Below, piece after piece: positions 38,790-48,065 of a stretch of 64,000 bases of DNA. Positions within the stretch are counted from its first letter, which is position 1. The number at the start of each line of letters is the position of its first letter. This DNA is from Candidatus Poribacteria bacterium (GTDB lineage Bacteria > Poribacteria > WGA-4E > GCA-2687025), in contig OY762492.1 of NCBI GenBank assembly GCA_963665845.2, forward strand, positions 896,001 through 960,000, given 5' to 3'. The position numbers were made by a program, and so were the translations under genes. The notes below the pieces were generated by a model, which ran no database searches, had not been told where the DNA came from, and worked only from the letters and a program-made list of their open reading frames with translations.

Positions 38790-39045
38790 CTTTAGTTGGG
38801 ACGTGCCGGCGGACGGACGCGGACAGTTTCTGCGGCGCCTCTAGATTCCCGCTTGCGCGGGAATGACAAAGTGAGGTCGCATGTCGTTTTGTTCCCCCTT
38901 GAAAAGGGGGCTAGGGGGGTTTGATCCGCAAGGGATGGACTCTGGATTCCCGCTTGCGCGGGAATGACGGCGTGTAGTATGGACGCTTACGGTGAACTCG
39001 GACAGCGCCTGCGGCGCCTAAGATTCCCGCTTGCGCGGGAATGAC
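38790..39045. repeat. BIME-like array: MITE half, three REP-like palindromes and a poly-C/poly-G hairpin (minus orientation)
   Basis: TTTAGTTGGGAC at 38791; GATTCCCGCTTGCGCGGGAATGAC at ~38844, ~38946 and ~39022; CCCCCTTGAAAAGGGGGCTAGGGGG ~38894-38919. Confidence 0.85.
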
Positions 39046-39093
39046 GAAAACGAGCGGGCGGCATTCGTTCATAAACAGAAGGCGCCCAGCCCG

Positions 39094-42000
39094 CTACAAC
39101 AGCTCCCCGCGCACCATCAGCGCCGACGAAACGGCGAAGTAGTCCCGCCCCGCCTCCACCCTGTCTTTCAGATAACTTAGGCTAAGGTTCAGGTCGGCGC
39201 GCACATGGCGGCTCAAACGGTATCCAAGCTGCAGCGCCGTCTGGTAACGCTCCGAGCGCTCTTCGGACTGGTCGCCGAGATTCCCGCGCCGAACGACCGC
39301 CGTCAAGTAGTTCGTCACGTTTAGGTTCTGCTCCAACTTCACAACCGTTCCGATGATCGGAACGCGCCAGCCGGACGCCGTTTTCAAGGTGTAGTCGACG
39401 CTCATGCTGGGCGTCACGATGATCGAGTTCGTTTCCACGCCGCTGCGCTCCTGGCGCCTAAAGTTGATGCGGCTGCCGAGGGACAGGCGCGTTTCGCCCA
39501 TCGTCTGCCGCCAGGTGAGCGCGCTTTCATGGGAGCGGCTGTCCCCAAAAATGGAGGCGCTGTTGGAACGCTCCGTCGTGTTGAAATTGTAGCTGAGCTG
39601 AATTGTGGAGCGTCCGCCGCGGGCGAATATCTGTGCGTCCGCCCCGGCGAGAAGCGAGTCGTCTTGAGAACCTGCGCCGACATTTTTTGTGTAGCTGTCG
39701 CGCATTGAGGCGTCCGCGCTGAGCGCGAGCCATTGAAGCGGATCGAACGACCCGCGCATCGACAGGCGGACGGAGCGCGTGGACGAGGAACGCTCCGGCG
39801 CGTCCTCCGGCATGCGCAGCGCGTCCAGGACCGTCGCGTCCAATTTCAGCCTGCGCAGATAATCGCGTATGTCGATGCTGTAATCGGCGCTGAGAGCCAG
39901 CGTGTTAACGGAGCGCTGAAACGGGTTCAGTCCGTCGTCGGCGAACCGATCGCGCCCGCCGGCAAGGGCGCGGTCCATCTGCATATTTCCCGCCCCAAGC
40001 CAGTCGGCGCGGTTCAGCTGCGCCTCCTCATAGGCGTACGGATCGTATCCGTACTGGCTCATGCGGTCGAGGCTCTCCTGCTCGCGGAAAAAATCCTCGT
40101 CCATCTCGACCGAATCGAGCGGCGGCGTATTCGATGAGCCGCTTGGCAACGGGGGAGGATTCGTTTCGGTTGACTCGTCTGTCTGCGCGGTCTCTTCAGC
40201 CGTCTCCGTTTCGGTTGAATCGTCCGTCTGCGCGGTCTCTTCAGTCGTTTCCGTTTCGGTTGACTCATCCGCCTGCGCAGTCTCTTCAGCCGTTTCCGTT
40301 TCGGTTGAATCGTCCTCATCCGCCTGCGCGGTCTCTTCAGCCGTCTCCGTTTTGGTAGAATCGTCTGTCGCGGCAGTTTCTTCTGCCGTTTCCGTTTCGG
40401 TAGAATCGTCTGTCGGCGTTGGCTCGTCAGCCGCTTCTGTTTCGGTTGAATCGTCTGTCGCGACGGTTTCTTCTGCCGTTTCCGTTTCGGTTGGCGCGGT
40501 CTCTTCAGCCGTTTCTGTTTTGGTAGAATCGTTCGCCGGTGCGGTCTCTTTTTCATCCGCTTCGGCGCCGTTTTCTATAGCAAGGGGACCGATGCCCGGT
40601 CCGTCCATCGGCTCCGTCCGCTTCGTTTCAAAACTGAAGAGCTCGGCGAGCCGAAAGGTGGCGCCGAACCGCGCGTTGAAGTTGAGCGAGATGTCTTTTT
40701 GCTGTTCAAACCAGTTCTCCCGCGCGTTCATCTGCGCCCCGATATTCGGACGCGCGCCGAAAAAAGAGCGGTTGATTGTCGGACGAAGCGACACCCGATG
40801 CCCCCGCTCCGACAACCCAAAACGCCCCTCCGATTTCCCCTCCTCCGTAGAAGACAGCGCCATCTCCCGCGTCACATCGTAGGTCGGCTGAAGGCGCAGC
40901 GACGCAAACGGGCTGAGCTGCAGACTGATCGAACCGCTGTCGATGATGCGGTCGTTCAGGCTGCTGCCGTAGTACCCGTAGTCGCCGCCGTCGGAGGCGT
41001 TCGGGTCTCCCGTTTCGCGGTCAACCCTCACATCCTCGTGCCGGTATTCGGCGTTCAACCCGAATTTGCGCGCCGCGTCGTACCGCAGCGTCGCCACGTA
41101 GAGATCGCTGAACTCGGTGCCGCGGCTTTCGTTCCAATGCTCCTGCGAGTCGTACATCACATTCAGCGAGGGCCATTTCTGAAATTGAACGCCGCCGCGC
41201 GCCGTGCGGTTGGAGACCGTATTGCGCCCCAGCTGCGCCGTCCGAATGAGGTTGTAACTCTCTTCGGTTTCGGTTTCCTGATTCCGGACGCTGTACTCCA
41301 GCGGAAGCCACCGCGCGGGCGTGAAACGCGCGTTCATACTGAAATCGTTTGCGCTCTGGCTCAACTGCTGATACCGCCTGCCGTAAGAGGAACCGGCGGG
41401 CTGCGCGGCGGACTCTTCAAACTCCTGATCTTGGCTCGACGCGCTCACCTGCACCTGCAGCAGATTTCCAAGCCGAAACTGGCTGTCCCCCCGCCGCGCC
41501 CAGCCCGACTCAACAAGCGGATCGGCGAGGTAGATGTCGTTCACCCACAGCTCGCCTTCCATCGTCTCGCCGGTCTCGTTCTGAATGCCCAGAACAACGC
41601 CGCCGACGCTTGTCAAGGAGGGCGAACCGGCGACGCGCAGCCCGTCCGGATGCCCGTCTCTGTTCTCGTCCGCTATCGATACGACCGCCTGCTTCCAGCC
41701 CGTGAAATCGATGGGGAGGGTGTATTCGTAGTAATCGACCAGCTCCTTGAACACATTCACCTTCGGCTCCTCCTTGTCGGCGCCGCTCCCAGTGTGACGG
41801 TAACTATAGGAGAAGTTGGAACGCAGCGCCGCGCTCAACCGCAGCACCAGCGACGCCCCCGTCGGACGCCCCGCCGGGTTGTAGACCCATATCTTGAGCG
41901 TCTGATGCTTGGAAAGGTCGGCGCCGTCGCCTTGGCGCGGTCCCTCAACCCGCCGCCAGGTGACGCCCAGAGAGTCGGGGTCCAACCCGTACTCCAGCGC

Positions 42001-45000
42001 GAGCGACTGCTCCCGCCGTTCCGTCACGCCGAGCTGGTACGCCGATTGAACCAGCGGATGCAGCCGTTGAAATTCGTCGTTGTCTTCGATCTGCTGATAG
42101 GCGAAGCGGTAGGAGTCGAAGTTGAAGTTGTCTTTGGCGCTGACCCGCATATATTCGCCTGTGTCGGGGCGCAGCTCGCCGTCTTTCCCGGCGACGACCC
42201 CTTGCTCCCACTGGTTGCCGACGATTTCAAGCGACGCAAACTGCAGCTTGCCCGTTATCGTCCCAGGGCGGTTTTTTTCAAGCAGAATGCGCGCCTGTTT
42301 CACAAAACCCCAGTTCGGCAGCCCGACAGGCTCCGTCTCGTTCAGCGGGATGGAGAGAAACTTCCAGCCGGTCGCCGCGTTCTCTTTCTTGATCCAGCTG
42401 TCCGGGATCGCGTTCAGCGGAACGGCGATGGTGAAATAGGAATTGAGCGTGTCCAGCGCGCTGTCGCCGTTCAAGTCCTCGGTGTCCAAGATCGTGTTGT
42501 TGGCGCCGATGCGCATGTCGGAGAGGGGTCCGTTCCAAACCCAGCCCTCATCCTCGTTCAGTTCCAGCTTGCCGTTGCCCCGAAACTTGTCCTCGTCCGA
42601 CAGATTTTCTAGGTCCAGATCCAGCAGGTCAATCACATTGTCGCCGTTCGTGTCGGTCAGGTCGGGCGGCAGGTCTTCGCTGTCGAGTCGGTTGTCGCCG
42701 TCCACATCCTCGCTGAAATGCCCGACGGCGATATGGAGCGTCGCGCTGTCGTCGCCGACGGAGCGTATCCACACCTCCAGCGATTGCCTGTTCAGATAAT
42801 CTTCTCCCTCGGCGCTGATCGGATAGGTCATCCCGCCCCACTCGGCGGAGACGTCGTTGAACAGGTACCCGATTTCGCCGATGAGCCGCTCCTCGCCGCC
42901 TCTGGGTATGCCGTCAATGGAGGAGGAGGCGACGCGCTGATTGCGGAAATAGTTGTCGGGCGGGTTGTCGTCGTCGCGCTGCTGAATCGGAAAATGAACG
43001 CGGGAGAAGTTGGACAGGCGCGGCGTTTCTGCAGGCGGCGCGGCGGTCTGCCATCGGCGTTTGAAAACCGGCATGGAGGAGGAGTCGCGCGCGCCTTCCA
43101 TGCTGTCGATGAGCGCGAGTCCGTACGAGTTCGGGTTGTTGTGGCTGAAAGCCGCCTCGCCGCTAAAATGGAGCGCGAGCGGCAACTTGCCGACATCGAC
43201 AAACGGAAGCGCGCTGACCAACCCCGACAGCTCAAAGGCGCGTCCGAGGCTTCCGTTCACATCGAACGCCTGAAGCCGCCCTGGCGTCTCGGCGATGGAT
43301 GGCGGACCGGCGGTACGCTGCCCGGCGTTGTAAATATACCCCGCCGCCAGCTGAAGCCCATCGATAAAGACAGGGTTGAAAAAACTGCCGGAGGTCAACC
43401 CGTACGCGCGGCGGGAATAGCTGCCGCCGTACGAACCGCCGTAGCTTCCCCCGTATCCGCCGTAGGAACTGCCGCCGTAACTGCTGTATGAGGAGCCGTA
43501 CGAACTGCCGCCGTATGAAGAGCCGTAGGAACTCCCATATGAGGAGCCGTACGAACTGCCGCCGTATGAGGAGCCGTACGAACTGCCGTATGAGGATCTG
43601 CCGCCGTATGAAGCGAGCGCTTGATCCAGCATATTCGACTGCGCGTCCCGCGGGTCTTCCTGCCGCTTCGGCGTCCACTCGTAGCTAAGCCAGACGCCCG
43701 CGACGGTCTGTTGAAGCGACGAGCCGAACGGGGAATACTCATACTCCACCTCCACCTCGTCAAACTCGCTCAAAGGGCGGTTGAAGGTGAGCGAGCCGAA
43801 TTCGTAAAAGATGTTGTAGTCGCCGGGCGCGAGCCGCTGTCCGTTGACGCGCACAATTTCGCTGCCGGGGATGATGTTCAGAACGTTCAGGTTGTACTCG
43901 TCCGAGCGGTAGGAGTAGGCGGCTTGAATTTGGTAGATCGGCGCGTTCGGGTTGTGCGAATCGCGGTAGAGCGCTAGGTTGGCGACCTCCTCCTGCAAAT
44001 GCGCATACGGATGCGGAGCTTCCAGCGCAAAGGGGCGCGCGTCAGGGAAAATAAGAAGCCCCTTTTCAAAGTCGATGATGAGCGAGTCGTATTGCCCGTC
44101 GCCGTCCCTGTCGTATTCGATGTCGACCCGCCCGTCGCCGTCCCTGTCCAACCCAAAAATCTGGATGTACGGGATCAGGTTGCCTGACTCGTCTTGGTGC
44201 GCCTGTTTTCCGCCTCTCCATATCGCCAGTTCAAAGTCGGTCGGGCTGATGTTGCGGTTGCCGAGGCTATATACATTCATCAGCTCCGTTCCGCGCAGCG
44301 ATTCCTGTTTTAAGACGACATGCCCGTCTTCCGCAAGCGGATTGCCCTTTTCTGGGTCCGGGTCGCCGACGGTTCCGCCGCCGGCGCCGACATACTCATA
44401 CGCGGCGACAATCTTGACGCGCGGCGACACCTGGTTGTTAAACTCAATGCGCCCCGTTTCGTAGTCGATGGCGTAATTTTCGCCGGCGTGTTGCAGGTTG
44501 AAATAACCGTCGATGGTCTGCGTCCCGGCGACATTGTTCGTTCCGTCTCTGTCATCGATATAGATGCGTTCGCTGTTGCGTTTGATGGGCAGATATTCGG
44601 GGTGTATTTCTCCATCTTCGCCGAGATGCAGCTGATAGTACTTCTGGCGGGCGAAGCTGGTGTCGGCGATCCGTCGTCCGCCGCCTCCGCCGGCGCGTCT
44701 GGACTGCCCGCTCGATTTCCATTTGCCTTTCAGCCCTTTCGTTCGGGAGCCGAAGAGCGTCGCGCGCGCGCCGCCCGCCTCGGCGACCAGCTGCGCGCCG
44801 AACAGGTTTCTGTTCATGCGCACAAAGCGCGTGTTCGGAAGTTCCAACGTGATGTCGCCAAAAGCGGCGCGCTTGACGATGTTCTCTTCTCCGCCCTCAT
44901 ACCAGACGGCGATGCGCTGCTGCTTCTCTCCGAAGCCGGTATAGGAACGCGCGGCGTCGGAATAGTCGACCGCCACATGCGTGTGCCGCCCGACGCGGCC

Positions 45001-45711
45001 GTGGATGCCGATCTGCAGCTCTTGGCGTATGTTGAACCCGTCGGCGCCACCGCCGTATCCGCCGTAGGAGGAACCGAAACCGCCGCCGTATCCGCCGTAG
45101 GAGGAACCGAAGCCGCCGCCGTATCCGCCGTAGGAGGAGCCGAAGCCGCTCCCGCCGTATCCGCCGTAGCCTCCATATCCGCCGTAAGAGCCGTAGCTGT
45201 CGTAGGAGCTGCCGTAGTCGAAATCGCGGTAGCCTGTGGAAAAACGCCCGCCGCCGAGGCTGCTGCCGTAGAGTCCGGTCAAGCCCTCGCGCCCGAAATA
45301 GTGCGTGTGGTTATACTGAAACAGGAACGATTTATGCCCCTTCACCTCTAGGCTGGAGTTGAGCGGCAGGTTGAAATTGGCGGCGCCGCCTCCTCTTCCG
45401 GCTCCTAGAGGGAGATCGCTTTCAAGTTCGGGGACGCCGCCTTCCGGAAGGGCGGCGAGCAATCCTGCCCCGTTCGTCCGCTGCGCGCGGTGATGCGAGA
45501 TCGCCGCGGCGATGAGTCTGGCGGCGTAGGAATCGCTTTCCGCTTCGCCGTCCATTTCGTCTGTTGTTTGAGAGGGTTTCCAGTCGCCGCGCGTTTCAGC
45601 GCTGGGGGCGAATTCGCGGGCGGCGTTCTCTTCATCGGTCTGGGCGGAGCATAGAAAAGCCGCGCCGAAAAGAAGCGCCGCTGCCGCCAAACGAGGCGCA
45701 AAGCATGTCAA
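39094..45711 (-). CDS. SprA-like (T9SS translocon) giant outer-membrane beta-barrel protein with low-complexity inserts
   Basis: Signal peptide; SprA-like segments MNVYSLG..ISPTDFEL, YIQIFGLD, GLLIFPDARPF, NIIPGSEIVRVNG...DYNIFYEFGSLTF, ALIDSMEG, DTEDLNGD, GELWVNDI; long amphipathic beta-strand C-terminal half. Confidence 0.78.
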   Translation of the reverse strand: MTCFAPRLAAAALLFGAAFLCSAQTDEENAAREFAPSAETRGDWKPSQTTDEMDGEAESDSYAARLIAAAISHHRAQRTNGAGLLAALPEGGVPELESDLPLGAGRGGGAANFNLPLNSSLEVKGHKSFLFQYNHTHYFGREGLTGLYGSSLGGGRFSTGYRDFDYGSSYDSYGSYGGYGGYGGYGGSGFGSSYGGYGGGFGSSYGGYGGGFGSSYGGYGGGADGFNIRQELQIGIHGRVGRHTHVAVDYSDAARSYTGFGEKQQRIAVWYEGGEENIVKRAAFGDITLELPNTRFVRMNRNLFGAQLVAEAGGARATLFGSRTKGLKGKWKSSGQSRRAGGGGGRRIADTSFARQKYYQLHLGEDGEIHPEYLPIKRNSERIYIDDRDGTNNVAGTQTIDGYFNLQHAGENYAIDYETGRIEFNNQVSPRVKIVAAYEYVGAGGGTVGDPDPEKGNPLAEDGHVVLKQESLRGTELMNVYSLGNRNISPTDFELAIWRGGKQAHQDESGNLIPYIQIFGLDRDGDGRVDIEYDRDGDGQYDSLIIDFEKGLLIFPDARPFALEAPHPYAHLQEEVANLALYRDSHNPNAPIYQIQAAYSYRSDEYNLNVLNIIPGSEIVRVNGQRLAPGDYNIFYEFGSLTFNRPLSEFDEVEVEYEYSPFGSSLQQTVAGVWLSYEWTPKRQEDPRDAQSNMLDQALASYGGRSSYGSSYGSSYGGSSYGSSYGSSYGSSYGGSSYGSSYSSYGGSSYGGYGGSYGGSYGGSYSRRAYGLTSGSFFNPVFIDGLQLAAGYIYNAGQRTAGPPSIAETPGRLQAFDVNGSLGRAFELSGLVSALPFVDVGKLPLALHFSGEAAFSHNNPNSYGLALIDSMEGARDSSSMPVFKRRWQTAAPPAETPRLSNFSRVHFPIQQRDDDNPPDNYFRNQRVASSSIDGIPRGGEERLIGEIGYLFNDVSAEWGGMTYPISAEGEDYLNRQSLEVWIRSVGDDSATLHIAVGHFSEDVDGDNRLDSEDLPPDLTDTNGDNVIDLLDLDLENLSDEDKFRGNGKLELNEDEGWVWNGPLSDMRIGANNTILDTEDLNGDSALDTLNSYFTIAVPLNAIPDSWIKKENAATGWKFLSIPLNETEPVGLPNWGFVKQARILLEKNRPGTITGKLQFASLEIVGNQWEQGVVAGKDGELRPDTGEYMRVSAKDNFNFDSYRFAYQQIEDNDEFQRLHPLVQSAYQLGVTERREQSLALEYGLDPDSLGVTWRRVEGPRQGDGADLSKHQTLKIWVYNPAGRPTGASLVLRLSAALRSNFSYSYRHTGSGADKEEPKVNVFKELVDYYEYTLPIDFTGWKQAVVSIADENRDGHPDGLRVAGSPSLTSVGGVVLGIQNETGETMEGELWVNDIYLADPLVESGWARRGDSQFRLGNLLQVQVSASSQDQEFEESAAQPAGSSYGRRYQQLSQSANDFSMNARFTPARWLPLEYSVRNQETETEESYNLIRTAQLGRNTVSNRTARGGVQFQKWPSLNVMYDSQEHWNESRGTEFSDLYVATLRYDAARKFGLNAEYRHEDVRVDRETGDPNASDGGDYGYYGSSLNDRIIDSGSISLQLSPFASLRLQPTYDVTREMALSSTEEGKSEGRFGLSERGHRVSLRPTINRSFFGARPNIGAQMNARENWFEQQKDISLNFNARFGATFRLAELFSFETKRTEPMDGPGIGPLAIENGAEADEKETAPANDSTKTETAEETAPTETETAEETVATDDSTETEAADEPTPTDDSTETETAEETAATDDSTKTETAEETAQADEDDSTETETAEETAQADESTETETTEETAQTDDSTETETAEETAQTDESTETNPPPLPSGSSNTPPLDSVEMDEDFFREQESLDRMSQYGYDPYAYEEAQLNRADWLGAGNMQMDRALAGGRDRFADDGLNPFQRSVNTLALSADYSIDIRDYLRRLKLDATVLDALRMPEDAPERSSSTRSVRLSMRGSFDPLQWLALSADASMRDSYTKNVGAGSQDDSLLAGADAQIFARGGRSTIQLSYNFNTTERSNSASIFGDSRSHESALTWRQTMGETRLSLGSRINFRRQERSGVETNSIIVTPSMSVDYTLKTASGWRVPIIGTVVKLEQNLNVTNYLTAVVRRGNLGDQSEERSERYQTALQLGYRLSRHVRADLNLSLSYLKDRVEAGRDYFAVSSALMVRGELL
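40160..40560 (-). repeat. Intragenic ~45-bp tandem repeat (ETETAEETAQTDDST-like, ~8 copies)
   Basis: Visible in both DNA and protein. Confidence 0.9.
43415..43615 (-). repeat. Intragenic SSYG/GGSYG low-complexity tandem repeat
   Basis: GGRSSYGSSYGSSYGGSSYGSSYG... Confidence 0.9.
45045..45270 (-). repeat. Intragenic Gly-Tyr-Ser repeat (33-bp unit GFGSSYGGYGG x3)
   Basis: Direct repeats of GCCGTATCCGCCGTAGGAGGAACCGAA. Confidence 0.9.
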
Positions 45712-46337
45712 GGGAGTCTCCGTTTCGTTGACGTCGTCTGGCGGTATGAACGAACGGCGGGCGCCGCTTGTTTACTTTGAAAGTGAATTGACCCGCTTTC
45801 GGCGATCAGCTCATCCAGCGGAACATCCCACGGCATCGGCTCAAACAGAGCCGTACGCTGACAATCGAAAGCGAGTCCAATCAACCTTGGGCGCGGCTCC
45901 TCGGCGAAGAAGCGGTCATGGAACCCGCCCCCAAGCCCGATGCGGTTTCCTCGGCTGTCGACGGCGGCGCATGGGATCAGCGCGGCGTCCAGCGCCTCTT
46001 TCTGAACGCGCGGCGCCGTCAACGGCGGAGCAGGTATGCCCCAGCGTCCGCGCTCCAGCTGGCGCATGTCGGTCAGCTCGTAGAGACGCATCGTTGTCGA
46101 GTCGGTCTCCACGCGCGGAACGGCGACGCGCCCGCCCTCAGCCCAGAGCCGCTGGATGAGACGCCGCGTCGGCGCTTCCGGGGGGACGCTCACATAACAG
46201 TACACAAGGCGCGCGTTCAGCGTTCGGAGGCGTTGAACCGCCCGCCGTTGAATCTGTTCGCCGCGCCGCCGGCGTTCTTTTTGAGAGAGGCTTCGGCGCC
46301 GTTTGAGCGCGCTGCGCCGTATCGCGTTGACGGTCAT
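45708..46337 (-). CDS. 5-formyltetrahydrofolate cyclo-ligase
   Basis: VAVPRV, LERGRWGIPAP, GNRIGLGGGFHDR, PWDVPLD. Confidence 0.9.
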   Translation of the reverse strand: MTVNAIRRSALKRRRSLSQKERRRRGEQIQRRAVQRLRTLNARLVYCYVSVPPEAPTRRLIQRLWAEGGRVAVPRVETDSTTMRLYELTDMRQLERGRWGIPAPPLTAPRVQKEALDAALIPCAAVDSRGNRIGLGGGFHDRFFAEEPRPRLIGLAFDCQRTALFEPMPWDVPLDELIAESGSIHFQSKQAAPAVRSYRQTTSTKRRLP

Positions 46338-46621
46338 TTTTTGTAGACCGTCCGCCCCTGTATCTCGATGGCGTCCACGATCGCCATGACGACCGCGTCG
46401 ACAGGCTTGTCGGCGGTCGACTTCGTGAGCCGGGCGGAGCTTCCGCCGGCGACCAGAACCACCTCTTCTTCGCCCGCGCCGACCGAGTCGATGGCGACGG
46501 CGTGCCGGTCAAGCAGGCTTCCGTCTAGGCTCATCTCTTGGACGACGAGCAGTTTTCCGCCGGCGAGCTTTTCGTCTTTTTGCGTGGCGACAATCGAACC
46601 GACCACTTTGCAGAGCGTCAT
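46334..46621 (-). CDS. Bacterial microcompartment vertex protein (EutN/CcmL, BMC-P)
   Basis: KVVGSIVATQKDEKLAGGKLLVV, AIDSVGAGEEEVVLVAGGSSAR, PVDAVVMAIVD. Confidence 0.95.
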   Translation of the reverse strand: MTLCKVVGSIVATQKDEKLAGGKLLVVQEMSLDGSLLDRHAVAIDSVGAGEEEVVLVAGGSSARLTKSTADKPVDAVVMAIVDAIEIQGRTVYKK

Positions 46622-46821
46622 ATGCAGGTCTCCCGTATTTATCTTACCGCATGCGCCGCCTCATGTCTAAACAGCCGACATGCCCCAAATCAAGAATCGC
46701 GCTTAGAAGTCAATGCGCGAAAACCATACTAGGATGGATGCAGACAGCATGAGCAGTTTGCAGCGAATGTTCAAACGCTAGAGGAATAAGCCGCCCCCTT
46801 TCTGCTTGAAAGGAGCATGAC

Positions 46822-47910
46822 ATAACATTAACCTCCTTTACAAAATCGACGGCGATTCTTGCGGCGTTCAGTTTCTCGTTTCTGTTGTGCGCGTCCGCGG
46901 AAGATTATATGCCGCTGGAAGATGTGACGAAACTAGAACGACCGACCCTCTGTCTAGATCGAGATGACGGGCTGACACTCATTGACTGGGACGGACAGAA
47001 CGAACGGCTCTGGATGACAGGCGACTTCGGCGGTCCCGCCAGATTTAGCCGAGACGGGAAATACGCCTGGATAGGCGCCTTCGAAAACAACCGCTACACG
47101 CTTTTCCTTCTGGAGCTGAAAACCGGGCGGGTCGTCAATATGAGAGAGCGGCTCGACAACCTCGGTTATGAACACATCTCCATCTCCGGCGCCTGGTGGT
47201 TTCCAGACGGGAGGCGGCTCGCATGCCGCGGAAAAGACTTGAACGGCCCAAACCGAGGTCAATCGGACATTTTTCTGCTGGATTTGCGCAACGAGAAAAT
47301 AAAACAGCTCACCAATACGCCGTTCAGAGACGAGTTCTGGGCGACTGTCTCCGCGGACGGCAAGAAGATCGCTTTCAACGGTTATCCCCCCAGCGAAGAA
47401 GAAAGAGCGGAGCTGGGCATTGATCACTTTCCTGACCATCTCTATGTCATGAACTCGCACGGGGGCAGAGCCGTCAATCTAACAAACAGCGGCGCGTCCT
47501 ATGCGTACCCTGAATGGTCGCCGGACGGCAACAAAATCGCGTTCGAAGGCTCCGGCCGCCCGGTGATAAAAGAGGAGGAGGGCGGCGTTCACATCTTTAC
47601 CATCAACCCGGACGGCTCCAGCCTAGAGCGGCTCACTTTCCCCAAAGACGGCAAGTGGGCAAGGCTTGAGGACTGGTCGGCGGACAGCAAGTGGATAATT
47701 TATACGATGGAGAAAGAAGACGAATTAGGTACGTCCTGGACCCTTTACCGCATCCATATAGAGACGCGGGAGATTGTGCGCATCACTAAGGGCAACTCTG
47801 CGAGGTGGGTTTATGCAGGCAAGAGCCGCTTCCTCTCCGTCAACCCGGCGGGCAAAGAGCATACGATGTGGGCGCCGCTCAAAGAGGAGGAGGAAGGTTC
47901 CGACGAATAA
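46822..47910 (+). CDS. Exported TolB-like (PD40) beta-propeller protein; start uncertain
   Basis: WFPDGRRL, SADGKKIAF, PEWSPDGNKIAF, INPDGS; in-frame signal-peptide-like stretch upstream of the TTG at 46885. Confidence 0.8.
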   Translation: MTLTSFTKSTAILAAFSFSFLLCASAEDYMPLEDVTKLERPTLCLDRDDGLTLIDWDGQNERLWMTGDFGGPARFSRDGKYAWIGAFENNRYTLFLLELKTGRVVNMRERLDNLGYEHISISGAWWFPDGRRLACRGKDLNGPNRGQSDIFLLDLRNEKIKQLTNTPFRDEFWATVSADGKKIAFNGYPPSEEERAELGIDHFPDHLYVMNSHGGRAVNLTNSGASYAYPEWSPDGNKIAFEGSGRPVIKEEEGGVHIFTINPDGSSLERLTFPKDGKWARLEDWSADSKWIIYTMEKEDELGTSWTLYRIHIETREIVRITKGNSARWVYAGKSRFLSVNPAGKEHTMWAPLKEEEEGSDE

Positions 47911-48065
47911 CGCGGCGGCAGGGGGAATCGTGAATCTAGCAGACGGCGTCTGTATGCCGGCGTGTTCAAACGAAAGCCTTAAGGTCGGGAGCTGGACGCT
48001 TGCAAATATCCGCCTTTGGGGTATCATAACCTAAAGAAACGGGCAGCCGCAGAAAGAAGGATCCG

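Noticed and set aside
40699-42612. 637-aa plus-strand ORF and similar long antisense ORFs (e.g. 1504-2424, 6414-7478, 44320-45351, 62116-63078)
   Set aside because: Shadow ORFs opposite well-supported genes in GC-rich DNA, with no motifs
46622-46800. 6S RNA (often found upstream of 5-formyl-THF cyclo-ligase)
   Set aside because: eutN directly abuts the cyclo-ligase and no long rod-like self-complementarity is visible; a cmsearch with RF00013 would settle it
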